Part shown: one piece after another, positions 57,796-64,000 of the stretch
Numbering within the stretch: the first letter of the stretch is position 1
Layout: every line of letters begins with the position of its first letter
Source of the DNA: Eledone cirrhosa
Taxonomy: Eukaryota
Reading direction: 5' to 3'
Length of the DNA stretch: 64,000 nt
Assembly: GCA_964016885.1 (NCBI GenBank)
Contig: OZ024742.1
Location: forward strand, 111,104,001 to 111,168,000
The notes under the pieces: generated by a model
Databases searched by the model: none
What the model was told of the DNA's origin: nothing
What the model saw: the letters and a program-made list of their open reading frames with translations, nothing else
Position numbers and translations under genes: made by a program

Positions 57796-59646
57796 AAAAA
57801 AGAGACATAGGACGAAGGTAAACAGTTACAAAAGGATTTAATCCACGTATTAACAATTGTTTCATCAGAATTTCAGTCCATTATTGCTACACTATGTCAT
57901 AATAGGCAATCAAGAAAGATACTGTGACATCCGAATTTTCAAAATACAAAGTTGGAATGACTTTAGGAAATGAAATACGGGGTAGTAGTGTAAGATAGAG
58001 GAACAGAGAGAGAGAGGCGCAAAAGAGAGGGAGAGAGAGAGAGAAAAGGGACGGAGGTAGGGTGAGAAAGAGAAAGAGATAGGGTGGTGTGAGAGGATTT
58101 GTATAGAATATAGTTAAGTTACAAGAAGGGAAGGGGAGGAGGATTGTGTGCTAAAAGTTGTGATGAGTAGAGGGAGAGATAGGGAAGATAGAATTTTAAG
58201 TGGCATTTGGTAGTAGACAGGCAAAAGTTTTACCAGAGAATAGGTGAAGGAAGAAAGTATTAAATTTCATATATAGTCTATTTTTAGGAGTGTAGAATTG
58301 TTATTTAGGGTAGATAATTCACATAAATATAGTAGTATACTCAATACCAAAACAATTAGACTATCTTATTCCACTGCACCAAACCTAGACGCACACATTA
58401 AGATGCTCAACGCCAAAAAACTCCGTAACAACAACACCCCAATCACTCAACACAATAATACACCTAATACACAACCACCCACTAACAAACAGTATGCACA
58501 AAACACACTCACACACACATCCCAGCCCACCTATAACTCCACCACTGCCCATAACAGAAATTGTAATTGCTACCTTCCAGAGACTTGTCCATTGAATAAC
58601 GAATGTTTGCATTTAAACCTATTATACAGGTGCTCGGTTGAGTCGGACAACCAACCTGGCACAACATAGGCAGCACTGCAAACACCTTCAAAACTCGTTG
58701 GTACACGCATCATTACGCAATAAAGCACCCCCGACACCGTTACGTAACGACCCTCGCCGACAAAATTTGGCACTTAAAAGGGAGTAACCGACAATACACC
58801 CTTAAATGGACCAAACCCTCACATTCTCCTCCATACTGGAGTGGGATGAAAACGTGCCCGTTGTGTAATAATGAGCTCTTCCATATCCTAAGCACAGGCC
58901 ACCAACTACTCAACAACAAAATTGAAAAGTCAATCTTTTGCCAGCATAAACTGAAAGCAAAATTCTCACACTTCAAACCTTCAACTAAATCTTAACACTA
59001 CTTTTCTACCCTAAATAACAATTCTACACTCCTAAAAATAGACTATATATGAAATTTAATACTTTCTTCCTTCATCTATTCTCTGGTAAAACTTTTGCCT
59101 GTCCACTACCAACTGCCACTTAAAATTCTATCTTCCCTATCTCTCCCTCTACTCATCACAACTTTTAGCACACAATCCCCCCCCTCCCTTCTTGTAACTT
59201 AACTATATTCTATACAAATTCTCTCACACCACCCTATCTCTTTCTCTTTCTCTCCCTACCTCCGTCCCTTTTCTCTCTCTCTCTCCCTCTCTTTTGCGCC
59301 TCTCTCTCTCTGTTCCTCTATCTTACACTACTACCCCTTATTTCATTTCCTAAGGTCATTCCAACTTTGTATTTAAAAAATTTGGATGTCACAGTATCTT
59401 TCTTGATTGCCTATTATGACATAGTGTAGCAATAATGGACTGAAATTCTGATGAAACAATTGTTAATACGTGGATTAAATCCTTTTGTAACTGTTTACCT
59501 TCGTCCTATTTCTCTTTTTTGATTACACTCCTCGTTTGTTCGTGTTTCCACCACAGAATCCCTACCAACCTGTCGAGTCACCTTAACGTATGTTGATAAC
59601 TTTCCTCACAACTTGTTCTACCAAGCTTTGGAATATTCCTAATTAC

Positions 59647-59650
<4 letters not shown>
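57795..59650 (+). mobile_element. 5'-truncated Penelope-like element: inverted ~520-bp pLTR (57795-58315), GIY-YIG fragment (58318-58994), direct pLTR (59003-~59650)
   Basis: HKYSSILNTKTIRLSYS, CNCYLPETCPLNNECL, LLYRCSV, IGSTANTFKTRWYTH, TTLADKIWHLK, CPLCNNE, FCQHK. 57795-58315 is the reverse complement of 59003-59521. Confidence 0.9.
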
Positions 59651-59691
<41 letters not shown>

Positions 59692-59727
59692 AAATGTATA
59701 TATGAAAACGTGTGTGTGTGTATATGA

Positions 59728-59789
<62 letters not shown>

Positions 59790-60479
59790 GCGCGCGAGTT
59801 TGTGCATATATCATTCAAAATATTATGGGGAAATGTACATTCGTCAGATATCTATGTGTGAGTATGTTTAAACAAGAACGTTCCTGAAGATCTCCAATTT
59901 ATTTGAAATATATTTTAATCTCCCATGTTCCGTTTGTTTCATGTTATGCAAAGCTTGCCCGATTATTATAACGGAATAATCGTTCATAAACTGTGAACCA
60001 GTGCACTATATCAAACATAATCTATAGATAATATTGTTAAATACATTACGAGAAATCTCTTCCATCAAATAATTAATAATAATACAACTGGGGATATGTT
60101 TATAATTCAGTTTCCATGGAAGTAAATGCTTGATATGTGTTGCAACGTTTCGCTTCTTTTGCATTGCGTCGTCGGGTTAACCTAATAGCACCTACCACAG
60201 TGATTTAGTCAATATTATTAATCTCCGTCGCTTTGAAACCAGAAATAATAGAAATCGTATTATGTAGAAGAGTTACAGTGTCTGTGGTTATTAACACATT
60301 ATCATACAGGTGGGATATGTTCCTTTTACTCCACTGTATTGGGTCTGGAAGTAAAATCAATTATATTAGCTATAGTTTAATGTCTAAATATTTAAACATT
60401 AGCATTAGTAACGAATGCGTTAAACATTTCATTTTCATTTTATTTTCATATGCCTCTTCATTATTTATTATATCACATA

Positions 60480-60812
60480 AGGGCGGTGGATTAGCAGTAT
60501 CGGTAGAGGGTCGGACGCCATGCTTTACAGCATAGTTACGTCCCTTTACAATCTGAGTTCAAATCCCGCCGAGGTTGACTTTGCCTTTCATCCTTAAGGG
60601 GTCGATAAAATAAAGTACCAGTAATGCACTGGGTAATTGCTGGCCTTGTGCCTAAAGTAGAAACAATTATTTATTATATCACATGAGTTCAAATCCCGCC
60701 GAGGTTAACTTTGCCTTTCATCCTTACGGGGTCGATAAAATAAAGTACCAGTAATGTACTGGATAATTGGTGGCCTTGTGCCAAAAGTAGAAACAATTAT
60801 TTATTATATCAC
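60480..60812 (+). mobile_element. tRNA-derived SINE (family B, 60480-60683) plus tandem duplication of its 3' part (60684-60812)
   Basis: B box GAGTTCAAATCC followed by TTGCCTTTCATCCTT..GGGGTCGATAAAATAAAGTACCAG, resembling the conserved MetaSINE-type central domain; AT-rich tail. Confidence 0.82.
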
Positions 60813-60909
60813 AACCAATGGTTTTCATAATTCTATATGCATATATATATGATATGTGTGTATTTGTGTGTACATATATATATATATACACATATTTACA
60901 AATATATTT

Positions 60910-60944
<35 letters not shown>

Positions 60945-60981
60945 CATATATATATACATATATATACATATATATATATAC

Positions 60982-61012
<31 letters not shown>

Positions 61013-61025
61013 CATATATATATAC

Positions 61026-61104
<79 letters not shown>

Positions 61105-61114
61105 CATATATATA

Positions 61115-61596
61115 TATTGGTAAACGGAATAGAAAATGCTGACAAATTGTTCACAGTTGAAAAATGGTTTAATTAGGAATAAAAGAGTATTAGTGATTGT
61201 ATGGGTTAGTATTCAGTTGTGGTTTTAAGTTTTTAAGTTTTTACCGGTTGCGCATTTCTAAATGCTTTTCAAAAATAATTTTGAGATAGAGTGTCCGTGC
61301 TGTTTGCTCTGATCTGATTAGTTTTGGGAATTCTACCTGTTTTTATGTTAAAAAAATGGCTCCAGCGTTATTTTTGTGTTGCAAAAATGCTTGTGGTCAA
61401 AACAATTTTGATTGGTCGGTAGAGGTCATGTGAATGTAAAAAGTTGATTTTGCGCCAAGACTGTTTTTATGTTAAAATGTTAGAAAAGTGGCTCCAGCAA
61501 AAATTATGGTCAAAACAATTTTGATTGGTCGGTAGAGGTCATGTGGATAAAAAATTGGTTTTGCGCCAAGATTGAGAAATGACTCTTTCACAACAA

Positions 61597-61660
<64 letters not shown>

Positions 61661-61732
61661 TAGTAGTAGTAGTAAGGTGTTCGATGCTGCGACAATAGCC
61701 ACCAGCGATGTGTGTCAAATGGCTATTAAGAT

Positions 61733-61735
<3 letters not shown>
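61115..61735 (-). repeat. Inverted copy of the 57085-57692 repeat
   Basis: Reverse-complement match. Confidence 0.88.
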
Positions 61736-61778
<43 letters not shown>

Positions 61779-62061
61779 ACATACACACAGCAGAGTCATT
61801 CGAAGGTCAAAAGATATTTTTCAGCTTTTGTCTTATACGGAGAAGTGCGTGTGTGTGTGTGTGTATAAGTCTCTTTGTATGTTGACGTACGCGTGTGTAT
61901 GTGTTTGTGTATATATGTGTGTGTGTGTGCGTGTGTGGGTGGACCAGTATTTTTTTCCCCCCTGGTAAAATGGTGTACATTATTCGATTTTTTCAGTAAA
62001 ATCGGTTCTCTTAATAGAACATCAACAATCTTAACAATAAAAGGTGTGAAATGATATTCAC

Positions 62062-62106
<45 letters not shown>

Positions 62107-62179
62107 TTTCACTACATATATATATATATATATATACATATATACATACATATATATGCACATATATTTTTTTGTATTG

Positions 62180-62463
62180 CACCATAGAGCATGTGTGTTT
62201 ACGTGTGTCATTGTGTTTATATGTGGGTAGAGATGTGTGCTGATGTAGGTATGTATGTTGACGTGTGTATGTTGCGGGTTCGTCTTAGGGAGAAGTGTTT
62301 AGACGGGGTCCGTATTTGTTAATGAAGTAAGATTCCTTGCTGATGCGCTGGGTGTGGGTGGCATTATCTTTAAATTTGTAGAGGGGAAAGATTCTGAAGT
62401 TGGGATGATTTTGGGCGGCGCAGGTATCAATGTGTTCACTCAGTGGTATTTTCCTGTATTCCC

Positions 62464-62464
<1 letters not shown>
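62180..62464 (-). mobile_element. C-terminal GIY-YIG fragment of a Neptune-like PLE
   Basis: REYRKIPLSEHIDTC..FRIFPLYK..RISKESYFINKYGPRLN; homologous to the peptide at 39200-39380. Confidence 0.75.
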
Positions 62465-62518
<54 letters not shown>

Positions 62519-62536
62519 CATGTATATTTTTTTAAG

Positions 62537-62754
62537 GAACGATCGACTTTCGTCAAATCGGACCGAGGGAACAATGTTTCCGTTGGTCTTTCCAATTGCT
62601 AATACTATCTATCGGTCGCAACTCCAGGTAGAAGGAGCAACGTGAAATAAAGTGTCTTGCTCAAGGACATAACGCATCGCCTGGTCCAGGAATCGAACTC
62701 ACAACCTTACGATTGCGAATCCAATTCTCTAACCACTCAGCCACACGCCTTCAC
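62537..62754 (-). mobile_element. tRNA-derived SINE (family A)
   Basis: Near-identical reverse complement of 41043-41262. Confidence 0.88.
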
Positions 62755-62785
62755 TATACATATATATATATACATATATATATAC

Positions 62786-62852
<67 letters not shown>

Positions 62853-62909
62853 TATAAATATATATATATATACATATATATACATATATATATATATACA
62901 TATATATAC

Positions 62910-62949
<40 letters not shown>

Positions 62950-62953
<4 letters not shown>

Positions 62954-63770
62954 AAGATGAATATAAAATGAAAGTGCTTTAATAAAGGAATTTATTAGGT
63001 ATTGACATGTTTCTGTAACAGACGGAATACCTATGTATCGCTGCTTACGTAATCATATAATATTAGCACGTAATCGATAGCAAATATATAATCAGTTGTC
63101 ACTTCTTCAAAGATATTGGATAAATTGGAAAAAATCAGAAAAATCAAGGTATTTATATTAGTCGTAAGAAAGGAAGAGGAGAGGGGGAAAGTCTATTAAA
63201 GATGGCAATTCAATTTGCTGATTTTAATGTTAATATGTATTTTGACAATCAAACAGGGATGGAGACAGGCGTTAAATCCTGGTAGCGTTTGTAATATGAA
63301 AATGTAGATTTCAAGCGATGGTTACAGTATAACGATCTCTCTATTATGTTATTTAATAAAGTATTTTTTTGATTTCATGATACAAAACATTTCCATATTA
63401 CACAATCTTCCAAATTTCTGTCTTTGGAAATACGCCGGGGCGGATGCTATTTTATACCATTTTAGGTTAAACTGTTGGTTATTTTCGCGCAGCCGCCAAG
63501 CCTTGTCTGCGAGTGTTGTTACATAACGCTGGTTTTCATGTTTTATCGAGTAGCGATGTCTATAAAGGCGAGGTTTGAAGGTGGTAGCAGTAGACCCCAC
63601 ATAGTACCACTTCCGGCTACCCGATTCGATAGTACATTTGTATATGATGTTGCATTCAAGACACTGATTGTTCAACGGACACATTCCTGGTTGGACACAG
63701 TTACAGTTATAATTATGCGCAGTTGCAATACTACGGATGGGTTGATGAGGTTGCTTAGGCAGGTCGGGAT
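62950..63770 (-). mobile_element. Penelope-like element 3' end: GIY-YIG domain and 3' UTR/pLTR, cut by the assembly gap
   Basis: CNC....CPLNNQCL..NIIYKCTI..YYVGSTATTFKPRLYRH..TTLADKAWRL; the 3' UTR matches 44197-44886. Confidence 0.9.
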
Positions 63771-63970
63771 NNNNNNNNNNNNNNNNNNNNNNNNNNNNNN
63801 NNNNNNNNNNNNNNNNNNNNNNNNNNNNNNNNNNNNNNNNNNNNNNNNNNNNNNNNNNNNNNNNNNNNNNNNNNNNNNNNNNNNNNNNNNNNNNNNNNNN
63901 NNNNNNNNNNNNNNNNNNNNNNNNNNNNNNNNNNNNNNNNNNNNNNNNNNNNNNNNNNNNNNNNNNNNNN
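63771..63970. other. Assembly gap (200 N)
   Basis: Run of N. Confidence 1.
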
Positions 63971-64000
63971 TCCGTCTGTCCCTCTCTAACCTCTACCCTA

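Overview
AT-rich, microsatellite-dense eukaryotic genomic DNA made almost entirely of repeats. The SINE families and (TA)n/(CA)n density suggest a cephalopod such as Octopus, but that is inference. No host protein-coding gene can be supported. Contents: a Tx1/L1-like LINE 3' half, RTE and R4/Dong LINE relics, a decayed autonomous Helitron with related non-autonomous ends, tRNA-derived SINEs, a TA-flanked MITE and at least five Penelope-like element (PLE) remnants. Two observations stand out. (1) A 23.7-kb array of a 26-bp satellite, with 650/2704-bp higher-order periodicity and a terminal inversion, sits inside the reading frame of a Penelope-like element between RT and GIY-YIG, and its monomer looks derived from that element's own coding sequence. 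(2) Five unrelated repeat families at 44-63 kb carry type I hammerhead-ribozyme motifs with a minimal palindromic helix III, from near-perfect to degenerate. They include a ~453-bp retrozyme-like unit arranged as a head-to-head palindrome and several motifs with long helix II extensions. All coordinates were read by eye and element boundaries are approximate.
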